20,000 nucleotides of DNA from Euglena gracilis (lineage: Eukaryota), in NCBI GenBank assembly GCA_039621445.1, contig CP154954.1:13617670-13637669 (forward strand). Direction: 5' to 3'. Positions 1 to 10,504 of this stretch are shown here, one piece after another. The translations under genes and the position numbers were made by a program. Every line of letters starts with the position of its first letter. The first letter of the stretch is position 1. The notes beneath the pieces are model-generated. The model was not told where the DNA came from. It ran no database searches and saw nothing but the letters and a program-made list of their open reading frames with translations.

Positions 1-1177
1 GTTTGGGGTTTCCCCCCCCCGAGGATAATAGTCCCCGGTGCCGGTGCTGGTGGGGGGGGTGGGGGCTGAAAGGGTTTTGGAGCCCATTTGGACAACTTTA
101 AGTCCAAACACCTACCCATGTGTTCCCACTTGTGCTTTTTGTCGGTGAGTCTTTCCTTTAAAATGTCTTCTAGGGGTATGACCCATGGTGTCGACCAACT
201 TTTTTGTCTTAATTTCCAAAAATTCTTTTCATTGACCCCTCTGGGGGGGCTCCCCTCTCTAGAGGGGGGGGGGGCTCCTGGGAACCAACTGTCCAATCAG
301 CGGACTTCCTGTTTTCATCCTCCAGGGTGTTGTAAATTGGGGTGGGAATTTGAAAGATGGAGCTTTTTTGGGACTGCTGGGGCTCATTTGGGGGATTGAT
401 TTGGGTGCTTTCTGGTGGGGTGTTTCTTGATTCCGGGGCAAGGCAAACAGATACCATTCTGGAGAGGATATGGGCCAGGCTTGTTCCATTCAGTCCCAGA
501 TCTTCAGTTACTTCTGCAGCAAAACCTTCAGGGCCTGCAGGGCCTGTAGCAATTGTTGCTCCTCTTGTTGATTCTGGTTGCTGTGATTTTGGTTGCTTTG
601 AAAAGTGCTATTCCAAATTTGCTGAGTGGGGCAAGATGGGGTAATCCATTGATAGGTGGGGACATACTTGAGGCCCTTGTGGGTTTCTGCTTGGGCTGGG
701 ATTCGAACTTGAGCTTGGGGCCACTGGTGGCCATTGATTCATGACCATTGCTTGTCTTGGTTCAGCGGCCTGGGCCCATTGATGCTGGGGCCCTGGGGCC
801 CCTTGGCTGCTGGATGCTGCTGCTGCTGTGTGCGGGACGTTTGGTCGTCTTCTTTGCCAGGGTGGTACATACTTGTCACCCCACCTTTGCTTCAGCCACT
901 CTTTGTGACTGTCTTGCCAACTTCTGGCTCTCTTCTTAGGTGACCGGTGTATGGGAGGCGGTGTCGGGTCAGACTGCAGTCTGGAACAGACTGCGGCGGT
1001 CAGGGCGGGAAGCAACTCGTATAACAACTTCTTCTGCACGTCGGGGACTTCGGGACTGCTGGCAGCGGGCTTGTTCTCATCACAATGCATGGCAATGGGC
1101 TTGTTGTCGTCACAGGCTTGAGAAGCAGGTGTCGATGGACCAAAAGTGGAGACCTCCCCCTTTCCAGCCATGTTCAT
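1..1177 (-). pseudogene. SL-preceded ORF, low-complexity P/Q/S-rich, runs off the window; possibly the N-terminal ORF of a retroelement or a retrocopy
   Basis: ATG at 1177, 7 nt after the SL exon. One frame continues toward position 1 through two isolated stops (TAG 608-610, TAA 209-211); ORFs 608..1354 and 209..457 share this frame. No recognisable domain. Confidence 0.5.
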
Positions 1178-1184
1178 GCGGAGA

Positions 1185-1211
1185 CGAAAAAAATAGACAC
1201 TCAGAAAGTGT
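1185..1211 (-). other. Euglenid spliced-leader exon sequence (genomic copy with no SL intron)
   Basis: Minus strand reads ACACTTTCTGAGTGTCTATTTTTTTCG, matching the Euglena/Eutreptiella SL as I recall it, with one fewer T. It is followed by TCTCCGCATG rather than a GT donor. Confidence 0.9.
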
Positions 1212-1222
1212 GAGTAAGTTAG
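1210..1222. repeat. 13-bp target-site duplication, copy 1 (GTGAGTAAGTTAG)
   Basis: Identical to 2421-2433; the pair brackets the RLE retroelement fragment. Confidence 0.85.
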
Positions 1223-2420
1223 TATATACGGTGGTGGGGCGAACCAAGTCCACCGACCAGTGGCACAGCCTACTGGGTTTGCCAGAGTTCGAGGGAGGGG
1301 GGCTATGTACAGATGGGCGCAGCCCATGGGCAGTGTGGTTGTGTGCGGTGGCAAGGTAGGGGGTAAGGGGGACTAGCAGCGGGGCCAGTGGGCTTCAAGG
1401 CGGTCGTGTAGGTGCCGGGGGTCTACTGCTGGTGGGGTTGGTGCCCTTCGGGCAACCTGGACCGTTATCGGGGAGATCACGTTCGCGGCTGTGGGGCATG
1501 GTTGTGGGCGGTTGGGTGGCTTTGTGGGCCACCGTTTGGCGGCTTTGTGAGCCACCGTTTGGTTCCCGGGCCTCGGTTTCTTTTTCCGGGCGTTGTGGTG
1601 ACCGGCGGGCGTGTTGACGCAATCAGCGCGGAGTCGGTCAGAGAGGTCAACGAAGGAAGTGTTTCGGGCGTAGCATCTGTGCCACTTGGCGGAAGAGGGC
1701 CAACGCGAAAAGCTAATAGCCTTCGGCCTGTCGTGTGCAACGCACGTCACCCTGCTCCCACGTAGCGGTCCGTTTTACCATTCTGGCCAGTAGTTTGGCA
1801 CTTTCCGGTCCCAGCCCACCCCACGTGCCCATTGCCACAGTGGCGAATGACCAACCGCCGTTGCGACATGGGACATCGTATTTGGCGTGTTTCGCTTGCT
1901 CCCGACGCTTAAGGAAGGTTCTCCAGCGTTCCCGGGTCCCGCTTCTCTCCGCAGCTTGCCACCCGTGCGCAACGGTGAGATCGACAGCTGTGGGTTTGCC
2001 ATCTTGCCATAGATCGGCTGGCCGGAGCGAGGTGTCCGGTTGATTGGGCACCTGAACTTCGCGCTGTACACTTTGGCCGTTTGCGGACAGGAGGTTAAAG
2101 AGGCGTCCTGGACGGCATTGTGCCTGTTGGCGAAATTGTTCCGGATACAGCAAATCTCATGGTCACCATAAATATCCGTGGTACTCTGGCAGCCTGCGCA
2201 TGTCCCGTTGGCTTCAGCCAGGGGGAGGCCCAGCCACCAGCTCAGACCCAGGCGGTAGTCGGCCGCGTCAATTGTGGTGTGAAGGGCCTCGTTGGGTGTG
2301 GCGACCATCCAGCCGTGACCGATGCCATGCGCTTGCTCCATCAGCCGGGCTTGATCTCTTGCAGGGATCCGGCTCAGCAGACCGTCCACCGTGGTCCGGG
2401 AGAGCTGGGTCTGCCATCCA
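1223..2420 (-). mobile_element. 5'-truncated CRE-like (RLE-type) non-LTR retrotransposon
   Basis: Bounded by a 13-bp direct repeat. Encodes only the post-RT C-terminus plus ~420 nt of 3' UTR, as expected for a truncated TPRT product. Confidence 0.85.
1647..2420 (-). pseudogene. C-terminal zinc knuckle and restriction-like endonuclease of a CRE-like retrotransposon (frameshifted)
   Basis: YRLGLSWWLGLPL, CAGCQSTTDIYGDHEICC, RHNAVQD; after a frameshift LRPADL..TAVDLTV..REQAKHAKY..FATVAMGTWGGLG; ends FALALFRQVAQMLRPKHFLR* at 1647. Confidence 0.85.
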
Positions 2421-2433
2421 GTGAGTAAGTTAG
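2421..2433. repeat. 13-bp target-site duplication, copy 2
   Basis: GTGAGTAAGTTAG, identical to 1210-1222. Confidence 0.85.
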
Positions 2434-3181
2434 GATGGAAGAACATCCTATTAGGATTTCCTAATGGCTGCCCCTTCTCTCTCCACAGGTGGTATTCTGT
2501 TGTATTCTTATTCCTTTGTTTGTTTTCCTTCTCCCCCGGTCCGGACTTGGTTAACCAGTCCGTCCTCTCTGCATTGCTCGTCATTGGGGGTCGGGACTGC
2601 CCCCCCCACGTTGTGGGCTGGGCCGCCTTGGCGGGGGCCCGTCCTCTTGAGAGGGGGGGGGGGCTGCCCCCCCCCCCCCGCTCTCTCCGGTGTGGAGGGG
2701 GGTTGGTGCTTGCCCCCCTCCCCCCCCCGGCGTGGTTAACTTCAAAAATTGGCCGACGGGGTGTATTTTTTAAAAATTGGTGGAAAATCGGCAGGCCCCC
2801 CCCTCCCCCGGCATGGTGGGCCGAGGACTTGAAACACTTGAAAGGCTCGAAAAAAATGACCACCCGGGGGCTCGAGGCACCCGTTGGGCCTCCGTGGCCC
2901 TGTGGGCCCTCGGGCCCGCAGGCGCCCGTGGACCCCCCTGTGGGCCCCTTCGGCGCCGCACCGTGCGGTGTGGTGCTCGTGCGGCGCGTGTGGCGCCACG
3001 TCTCGTGGGGCGCTTGCCCCTCGGGGCGCTATGTGGGCCGCGGGTGGTGGGCGAGGCCAGCCTTGGGGGGGGCTGTGGGCCCCTCAACCCTTGGGACCCC
3101 CCCCCGGTGCGCTCTTGTGGCCTCCTCGCCCCACCCGGGCGTCCCGTCGCCACTCCTGGCCCCCTCGCCCGTAGGGCACTG

Positions 3182-3308
3182 TGGGGTTGACTTCGCCGAA
3201 ATTGAAATTGAGGTTGAACCTCCAAAACACAACAACAACAACAAACAAAGGAAATCAGCTCGGTCCCTCCAAGGTTTTCCGCACCAACCCCATTTTCTCC
3301 CCCCCCCC
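3182..3308 (-). repeat. Candidate short 3' LTR (3182-3292) with adjacent polypurine tract (3293-3308)
   Basis: Minus strand GGGGGGGGGGAGAAAA is followed by TG. The 111-bp segment has an 8-bp terminal inverted repeat TGGGGTTG...CAACCCCA. No second copy is present in the window. Confidence 0.4.
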
Positions 3309-3393
3309 GGTGGGCTAGCCTCCACAGGTAAGCCGGCCCAGGCTACGTCTGGGTCGGCGGGGGGGGGGCTTAGGGGTCCTCATCGGAGCCGGG

Positions 3394-3893
3394 TCACAAG
3401 GGCTCGAACTCCGCGAGGAGCAGTTGGAGCACTCCGCCGGGCTCCCCGACCTGGTCCCCTTCGGCGTCCTCGGCCTCGGGGTCCCCGGCCGTGGCAGCCG
3501 CGGCGAGGAGGTCCAACGACCCCGACTCGCTTGCCTCCTCCTCGCTCCCCTGGTCGTCCCCTTCGCCATGCGCCTCCGCCTGCACCTCCGCATCCACCCG
3601 CTGCGGCGCTTCCTTGCCCACCAACCGCCCCACCACGCTCCGGAGGTGCTCCACCTCCTCCGCCAGCCCCTCAAGGTAGGCCAGCAGGGAGCGGAGGTCC
3701 TCCGGGCGTGTGGGGGACGGTGGTCGGAGGGAGTCGGCCGGCTGGGGAGGTTCCGCGGGGGTGTCAAGGCGGGGCGCTTGGGGACGGGCAAGAGGGTGAG
3801 GAGGGCGGCGTCCGCCTCGGCGGCCGATGGTGGCGGGGGGACGACGGGAAGAGGTCCAGGGACGTAGGGGCGACGGGGCACGTAGCGCTGCAT
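3394..3893 (-). pseudogene. Putative extra ORF downstream of pol (Pro-rich, amphipathic helix, acidic tail), one frameshift assumed
   Basis: MQRYVPRRPYVPGPLPVVPPPP...PVPKRP, then shifted frame LDTPAEPP...EDLRSLLAYLEGLAEEVEHLRSVVGRL...EEEASES...LLLAEFEPL*. Confidence 0.4.
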
Positions 3894-4089
3894 CCTACGC
3901 ACAAGAGAAGGACGTGCGTGTGCTCCGCCACCACCACAATCCCCACACCCGCCGTCCCCTCGCCTCCACCTCCTACCCCCCACCCTTATTGACCCCGTCC
4001 CCGCCCCCCCCCTCTTCCCGGGGCGGAGAAGTCCCACCACCTCCAACGGAATCCCCTTGGCCGCACAATAATCCACCACATCCTCGTTG

Positions 4090-4222
4090 TAGGGGGGGAA
4101 GAAATCCGACCATGGCAGCCATTGGAGATCCGTCGGATCCCAATTTTTCCACCTCACCTGAAATTCCGGGACCCCCGTTTCCGGGTGGTTCCGGCTGCCC
4201 CTCTAACACCCACTCATCCCGT
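4090..4222 (-). pseudogene. Chromodomain at the integrase C-terminus (frameshifted)
   Basis: DEWVLEG / RNHPETGVPEFQVRWKNWDPTDLQWLPWSDF fits the EyeVE.I...eflVkWkg.....tWep pattern. Confidence 0.8.
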
Positions 4223-4259
4223 CCCACCTCCAGGGGGGCCGCCTTGTCGTTGAAATAGA

Positions 4260-5330
4260 ACAGTGGGAGGGGTCGGTGGAGAACTCGTCCTCCGCGTGAA
4301 TCTTGAGTTGGCTCCGGTGTGTGTCTTGGCGGGCCCCCGGGGCCAGCTCCACCACATATGAGTGGCGACCCCGGCGGGCCACCACAGACCCCCTTTTCCA
4401 CTTGGTGGCCAACTTGTCTGTGCCCGGCTGTGTCTCGGGACGGTACCACACCTTGGCACCGACCTCCAGGGGAGGTGGGTCCCTTCTCTTGGCGTTGATG
4501 GAAGCGCACCGTTTGGCGTGCAAGTCATTCAAGGTTGAGGCCACCTTTTCGTCCATAGCCCGCATCCGTGCCATGAAGTCGGCTGCCCCCTCGGCCTCTC
4601 GTGGGGGCTGGTGGGGCAGGCCTTGGAGTGGCCGGTGCCGCCCGAAGACCACCTCGTAGGGCGACAAGCCGGACTACCCAGGCACATCGTGAAGGTGCCG
4701 GAGAGCCTTGGGTAACAGCACCACCCATGAGGCCTCCTTTTCCGACAAGTCGGCGATGATCTTGGACAGGGTGTTCATCACCCGTTGGCCTGCCACCTCT
4801 GCCCGACCGTTGGCCTGGTGGTGGTAGGCCTGCACGTAGGCACGCTTCACCCCCATGGCGGCGCACATTGTTTGCCACCAAGCCGAAGCAAAGTGGGGGC
4901 CACGGTCCGAGGTCACCACAGAGGGCACCCCGAACATGTCCCAGTGGCGGAACATGGCCTTGGCCACCACCTCAGATGTCAGGCCCTTGTACTTGTGGGG
5001 GGTGGCCACTGTCCACCCACTCTCACGGTCCACGCACAGGGCCAGATAATCATACACCTGGCCCTCGTGGGTCACCTCAGGCATGGCGAACAGGTCCACT
5101 GCCACACTGTCCATGAGGAACGGTGGCACAGGGGTGGCTTCGAGAGCACACTTGAAAGGTGCTCGAGAGGGGTCACAGGCTTGGCAGATTTCAGATTGCC
5201 GCTGGATGCCTTGGGTTATTTTCTCAGCCCCCCTTGGATCCGCGAACCTGTACCACCGCCCCATCTGGTGCCAGAGCCTGGAGGCTCATGGGTGGCCCGC
5301 GTCCCCGTGGTGGGCCCGGACCACGAGCCC
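4260..5330 (-). pseudogene. Retroviral-type integrase (HHCC finger, DDE core, GPY/F-like region)
   Basis: AHHGDAGHP*..CQAC; VAVDLF, VTSDRGPHF, HHQANGRAE; SPYEVVFGR; KLATKW..SYVVEL..HRSQLK. In-frame stops at 5286-5288 and 4674-4676. Confidence 0.93.
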
Positions 5331-6094
5331 CATCAGGCTGTTGGGCACACAGAGGAGCCCGTCCGTGTACATTTTGTCCTCGTACAGACGGACTCCCTCA
5401 GGCCACTCCCCGACAGGGGCCTACACACTTGCATAAACAGGCCCCACACAGGGCAATTGTCATATGCCCGTGACCAATCCCTGTCCATCACTGGGATGGA
5501 GGGATCCTCCTCCACCTCCTCCTGGGTGTGCACCCCCGTGTCTGGAGAAAGTGAAATTGGTTCCCCCACAGGTTCCCTGAGATCCCCCCGGTGGGGATTA
5601 TCGATGGGAGGGTTTGGCTGCAGGTCCTCACTCAGAACTCTTCGCCCTGGTTGGTGTTCCTCATGTCCCCCCCTTCTTGCCGGCTGTTCATTCCCGAATT
5701 CATCCACGAAAAGATGGGCACGTGGGGAACCTCGTGTCTCCCGCGTGTCCAACCCAGGTCCCCCAGGTCCCTCCCCTCCCATGAGGATGGGACCCGAATC
5801 TCCCGAGGGGGCGTCCACAGGCCCCTCCCCCCCTGTGGGGTCAGGGCCAGGGCCCCCTGGCACTGAATCCTCAGCCCCCTCCCCCTCTGTGGGGCTGGGG
5901 CCAGGTCTGTGCTGTGCTGCTGTTTCTCTCCCACTGCGTGTTGTTACCGCCACGTGGAGTTCCGCCCCCCCGTGCGGTGTCCCGCATTCTCGCTCTTCCC
6001 TCCGTTCTTCCTCGATCATGGCCCTCATTGCCTCATCATCCTCCTCGCTCCCGTGGAGGCTGATGTCGGCAAAAGCCTTGGAGGCAGGATATGC

Positions 6095-6520
6095 CCATCT
6101 GCTGAGGGCATCCGCCACCACATTTTCCTTTCCCGGGATGTAGACCACGTGAAGGTCAAACCGGGAGAACATTTCATGCCAGCGTCCCCGCCTCCCGGCA
6201 GGTCCGCTGGGCGTGTTCAGGGTTTCCTTGGCCCAGGCCTCCACGGACTTGTGGTCCGTGAGGACCAACACCGGCTGCAGGTTGTTGTAGGAGGCCCATT
6301 TTTGGAGGGCCAGGATGATGGCGTAGGTCTCCTTCTCCCGCGGAGACCAGCTTTTCACCTGCCCAACTGTGAGTTTTCGGGAGCAGAAAGCCACAGGCAC
6401 GGTTTTCCGTGTTGTGGCCTCCACAGCGGTGGGCATCCCCTCTGTTGGCTCCAAAAACTGTTCAAGGGCTGCCCCCACCGCCTTGTCACTCGCATCAACC
6501 CGGAGAATGAATGGCTGGTC
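6095..6520 (-). pseudogene. RNase H domain of Gypsy pol
   Basis: FILRVDASDKAVGAALEQ, PVAFCSRKL, EKETYAII, VLTDHKS, YIPGKENVVADALSR in ORF 5333..6955. Confidence 0.95.
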
Positions 6521-6559
6521 CGGGTTGATGGTGTGGAGCTCCAATCCCCGGAGGAACTC

Positions 6560-7443
6560 CTGTTTCAGGGCGGTGAAGGCCTCCCGTTCCACTTGGCCGA
6601 ATTTCACAGGTTTTTTACTCCCCTTTTTACCCTCCACTCGTCCCACCTTGAGGATTTCCATCAGGGGGGCTGCATACCGGGCATACTCTTTCACGTAGCT
6701 GGAGTAGTAGTTGGTGACGCCCAGAAAGCCCCTGAGGGCTGTGATCGTGCGGGGCTCCTCCCACTTCTCCAGCGCCATGAGTTTGCCCGGTGCTGGCCTC
6801 CGTTTTCCTCCCCCCAGGATGTGGCCACAGAACTCCACTTCTCTTACGAAGAAGCGGCATTTGTTTTTACCAGGCGGTGCTCCCGCAGTGCCCGCAACAC
6901 TCGCCTTATGTCCTGGTCGTGTGCCTCCAGGGTAGCTTCCTCCGTGCCACACCACTCCGTCCCCACAATGATGTCGTCAACGTATGGGTTGGCGACATCA
7001 GCCACATCCCTCAGCGAGTAGTTGATCACCCGCTGAAAAATGGCCACTCCATTTTTCAGGCCCATCACGACCACACACCACCGCTTGGACCCCCGGGGGG
7101 TGCTGCAGCAGGTGTATGGGCGTGAGTCTTCGTGTAGGGGCACCTGATGGAAGGCATCCTTGAGATCAAGGACGGAGAACAGGTACCTCCGTCCCTGGTT
7201 CACCATGATGTCCTCGATCCTGGCGAGGGGGTATGCGTCCGTCACTGTGGCCTCGTTTAATGCCCGGAAATCCACAACCCCACGCCACTTCCCCTGTTTC
7301 TTGGCCACCACGAACGTAGGGCTGCTCCACGCACTCGGCACCCCCTCCTCCACCTTCTTGTCCCGAACCCACTCGTCCACCAGGTCGCACAGTGCCCTGT
7401 GTCTCTCCCCCGTCAGGTGGATGGGCCTCTGTTTTTTCGCCAC
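6560..7443 (-). pseudogene. Reverse transcriptase of Gypsy pol (frameshift near 6870)
   Basis: WSSPTFVVAKK, WRGVVDFRALN, DAYPL, LDLKDAFHQV, MGLKNG, YVDD (6973-6984), KCRFFVREVEFCGH, LRGFLGVTNYY. Confidence 0.96.
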
Positions 7444-7879
7444 AGATCCGGTTTAAATTCGATTTTCCCTTCTCCCAGGGGCCCTCGAACGATTCTTTCC
7501 CCCCAAATCCTGTCTCGGAGAACCTCTCCCTCGAAGTCCATCCGGAGGGCTGCCCGGAGCTCCTCAGCCCGCTGGCTGGTCACCTGTTCCGCTTGGTGAA
7601 CAAGGATGACCCCTTGGGCGGCCCGTGCCTCGAACTCCCGGGCTGCCCGCAAGAGTTCCTTGGCTACTGTCTCCTGGGTCGCCTCATCCTCGTGCAGGGT
7701 TTTTTCCTCCCACTCAGGCTCCTCGGTGTCCTCCCCCAGGGCTGCCTCTGGCAAAGCAAGCCGCAGTGCTCTGACTTTTTCCACCGTTTTCAGGTATCTC
7801 GCTCACTTTTGTGCCTTTTTATGGGCTGCTGGCTGAACTTGCTCACCCTCCGCATCATTTCCCCGAAGGAGGACCACCT

Positions 7880-9625
7880 GCTCCCCCCTCAATGCCAAGG
7901 CCCGGAGGTGTGGGAACACCCCGAGCTGGTTTTCCTCCAGCCACGGGAAGCCGATGATGGCCTCCACGTGGATGTCGGCCTCATAGAAGGAGGCTGGGGC
8001 AGTCCACAGGGCCCCCTCCCCCTGACCCAGGCCCCCTTCCCGCCGGAGGACCAGGTCCAGGATTGCCTCCCGTTCCCCCCCTTCCATCTTGGCTCCACTT
8101 GCTGTCACCAGGGACAGGGGCTTGGGGGCAGGCAGGAGGTACAGGCCCGGGCGCAAACCGCAAGTACATTAAATACGTCAGGAATTAAACCGCAAGGAAT
8201 TTAATCCGGTGGGGCCCCGCCAGTCGGGGAATTAAATCCGGTCGCCCTTTTTTCCGCCGATTTTTTTTCTCTTCGGCGTCAGGGTTACGTCCCTCGCATT
8301 GTGTAAGAGATTTTTTTTGTGTCGGTTCGCAAACACCAGCAGAAATAAACCATTTTTCAGACGAATTTTCAACTCCGCATTTTTGTGTAAAGGGGGCCTT
8401 CAAACTGAAAAAATGTTCCATTGCTGGACCCTTTTTCCGGGGCGTTGACTGGCGTGGACCCCCACTCTCCCCCCCGTGGGTCCACGACTAAAAAAAACCC
8501 CTGCCCCCAAACTGGCCACTGGTGGAAAATAAGTTGAGTGGAAAATTGGCAACCACATCCACATCACCAGATCAATTTCCCAGTCAAAAAAACAGTTTGT
8601 TGCAAAATGGTGTCATGCTGGCCCAGGGCCTTTTCAGGCCACTGGTGTCAAAATGGTGTCAGTGGGGGGGGGGGGGGCTTTGCAGGCACTGAAAATGAAA
8701 ATTGAACTTTTCAGATAGTTCCACACGGGAAAGGAAACACATTTGTAAATCACAACAATGCAGCAGAAAAAAAAGGATGCACTATGTTACAAAAAAATAC
8801 AATGCAGCAGTTACAAAACATCTTCTTCTCCGGTTTCTCTGTTCTTCAGTTTCTCTCAATTCACCTGATGAAAAATACATGCATCCAAACACAACGGATG
8901 ATGCCACAGAAAATACCCACAGAAAGAGGCATTGCATTAAAAAGCCATTTGATGCCGCAGATGCATGCCACAGACATTTGATGCTACAGCCACAAACTTT
9001 TCATCAAAATTCATTTTCCCAGGCTACAGTGGAAAAGATCAACACAGACTTTCAGTGGAAATGAGCATTTCAGCAGAACAAGGGACAGGGGTCACACCTT
9101 CAACTGTGAAATTGTTTACCTTTAAATTTGCCCATTGCTGCATCTTCTGCCTGCACTCTTGGGAGTCCTGGGGTGTAGAGAAAAAATCGTTTGATTGGAA
9201 AGGGACATAAACCTATCTGTTGAACTTCTCAGCAGCTTAAACCAACTCTTGTACCGCTTGAGGATTCGCCTTTTTATCATTGGGTTCCAAAAACTTCTTC
9301 ATTGGTTTCTGACCAGGTGTGTAACTGTGGTGGTAGCTGAAAGAACGCGTATACATTCGCTAATCGTTCGCTAATTCGGGTAAATAATACTCGGGGGAAT
9401 TAATTCCGTGGACCACCCGAAAGTCGAGGAATTTAACCGGATTTAATTCCCCCGAGGTTTTTTGTCCAACCGAATTAAATGCCCACGAGATTTAGGCCCG
9501 GGCCTGTATGTGTCGGGAAGCATGCCTCTTCGGACCAGGTTCACCTCTGCCCCTGTGTCAATGAGGGCATTGATGAAGTGGGACTGTCCGTCTGGCCCCC
9601 TGGCCTGCACTCGCATCAGCAGCTG
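7880..9625 (-). pseudogene. Aspartic protease split by a TIR element (coding parts ~9507-9625 and ~7880-8141)
   Basis: INALIDTGAEVNLV (DTG 9551-9559)...LPDTY|LLPAPKPLSLVTASG...EAIIGFPWLEE. Removing the insert and one TA joins the halves in frame. Confidence 0.9.
8142..9506. mobile_element. Non-autonomous DNA transposon with TA TSD and 11-bp TIR (Tc1/mariner-like target signature)
   Basis: TA|CAGGCCCGGGC ... GCCCGGGCCTG|TA, subterminal GGAATT(A/T)AA motifs at both ends, AT-rich interior, no transposase ORF. Confidence 0.88.
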
Positions 9626-9749
9626 CCGTTCCCCGGCACCCTGCCCCACCTCACGGAGCAAGACAGAGGGCACCACTCGCTCTGTCTGGGGGTCCCGCTC
9701 TGGCTCCGGAGACTCTGCAGCGTGGGCCTCCGGTGCTGGTGCTGTGGCA

Positions 9750-10350
9750 AGGTCACGGATGAGCGCCTCTGGGATCCGATATTTTAGGTGCCTGGGCAGG
9801 TTTTGGTGTTTGCTTCTGAGCCGGATTTTGTTCCGTCCCTTCTGTCCCCCTTCAGGTACCGGGCTTTCCAGGTTGGAGCAGGTCCGGCCGTCACACACCC
9901 GTGGCCTGAGACCCAAGACATGGGGGCTGCCCCATATCCTGGTGGGCTTCTGGTAGCCCCAGTCTGCATACTGGCAGTAATCCACGTCCACGTGTGGGAT
10001 CCCTGCCATGTACCTGCGGGTCCGCAGGTACCCGTACCGGGGGTTTTCCAGCCACCACCGCTGTGGGCGGAGGTACTGGATGATGGCCAGGGCCGCTGCA
10101 CCAGCCGATCAGCCAATTTAAAATCTCGTTCCCTGGTGGTCAGGGCCAGGCTGAACTCGGTGCAGGGGACCCCGCACACCACCACCTCAAAATCCCCAGG
10201 CTGGAACTGTTTTTTAAAATTCCATTTTAGCACGTCTACACAGATGTCTGGCCGCCACCTGGGGTCCACGTCCACCGACGTAACCTGGAAACCCAGGCTG
10301 CGGTAGACGTCCCCCACTGAACCTGTCCCGCAGAACAGGTCCAGCATCCG
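9750..10350 (-). pseudogene. C5-cytosine DNA methyltransferase domain (one frameshift near 10092)
   Basis: Motif I MLDLFCGTGS (FCGTG 10321-10335), SVDVD, motif IV CGVPCTEFS (PC 10162-10167), motif VI WWLENP (10040-10048), VDYCQY..QKPTRIW, C-terminal KYRIPEALI. The C-terminal half is in frame with the protease. Confidence 0.92.
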
Positions 10351-10504
10351 TCTCGGCTGGTCCGCTCTCCCCACCTGCCCCAGGTGTGCCGGCTTGACCT
10401 GCACTGTGGCCCCCCCAGTCCCAGGGGGTGGCCCTGAAAAATGTGTCCCAAACCTGGTTTTTTTCTCCCTCCCCTTTCGTGTCACCTCCTCCCGCGTGCA
10501 TCAG

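Noticed and set aside
1100-1211. Functional SL-RNA gene or linked 5S rRNA
   Set aside because: No GT intron donor after the exon and no recognisable 5S sequence nearby.
2391-3992. 533-aa plus-strand ORF
   Set aside because: GC-rich and low complexity, crosses unrelated element boundaries, no domain motifs.
4785-7021. Long plus-strand ORFs (452 aa, 370 aa)
   Set aside because: Antisense shadows of pol.
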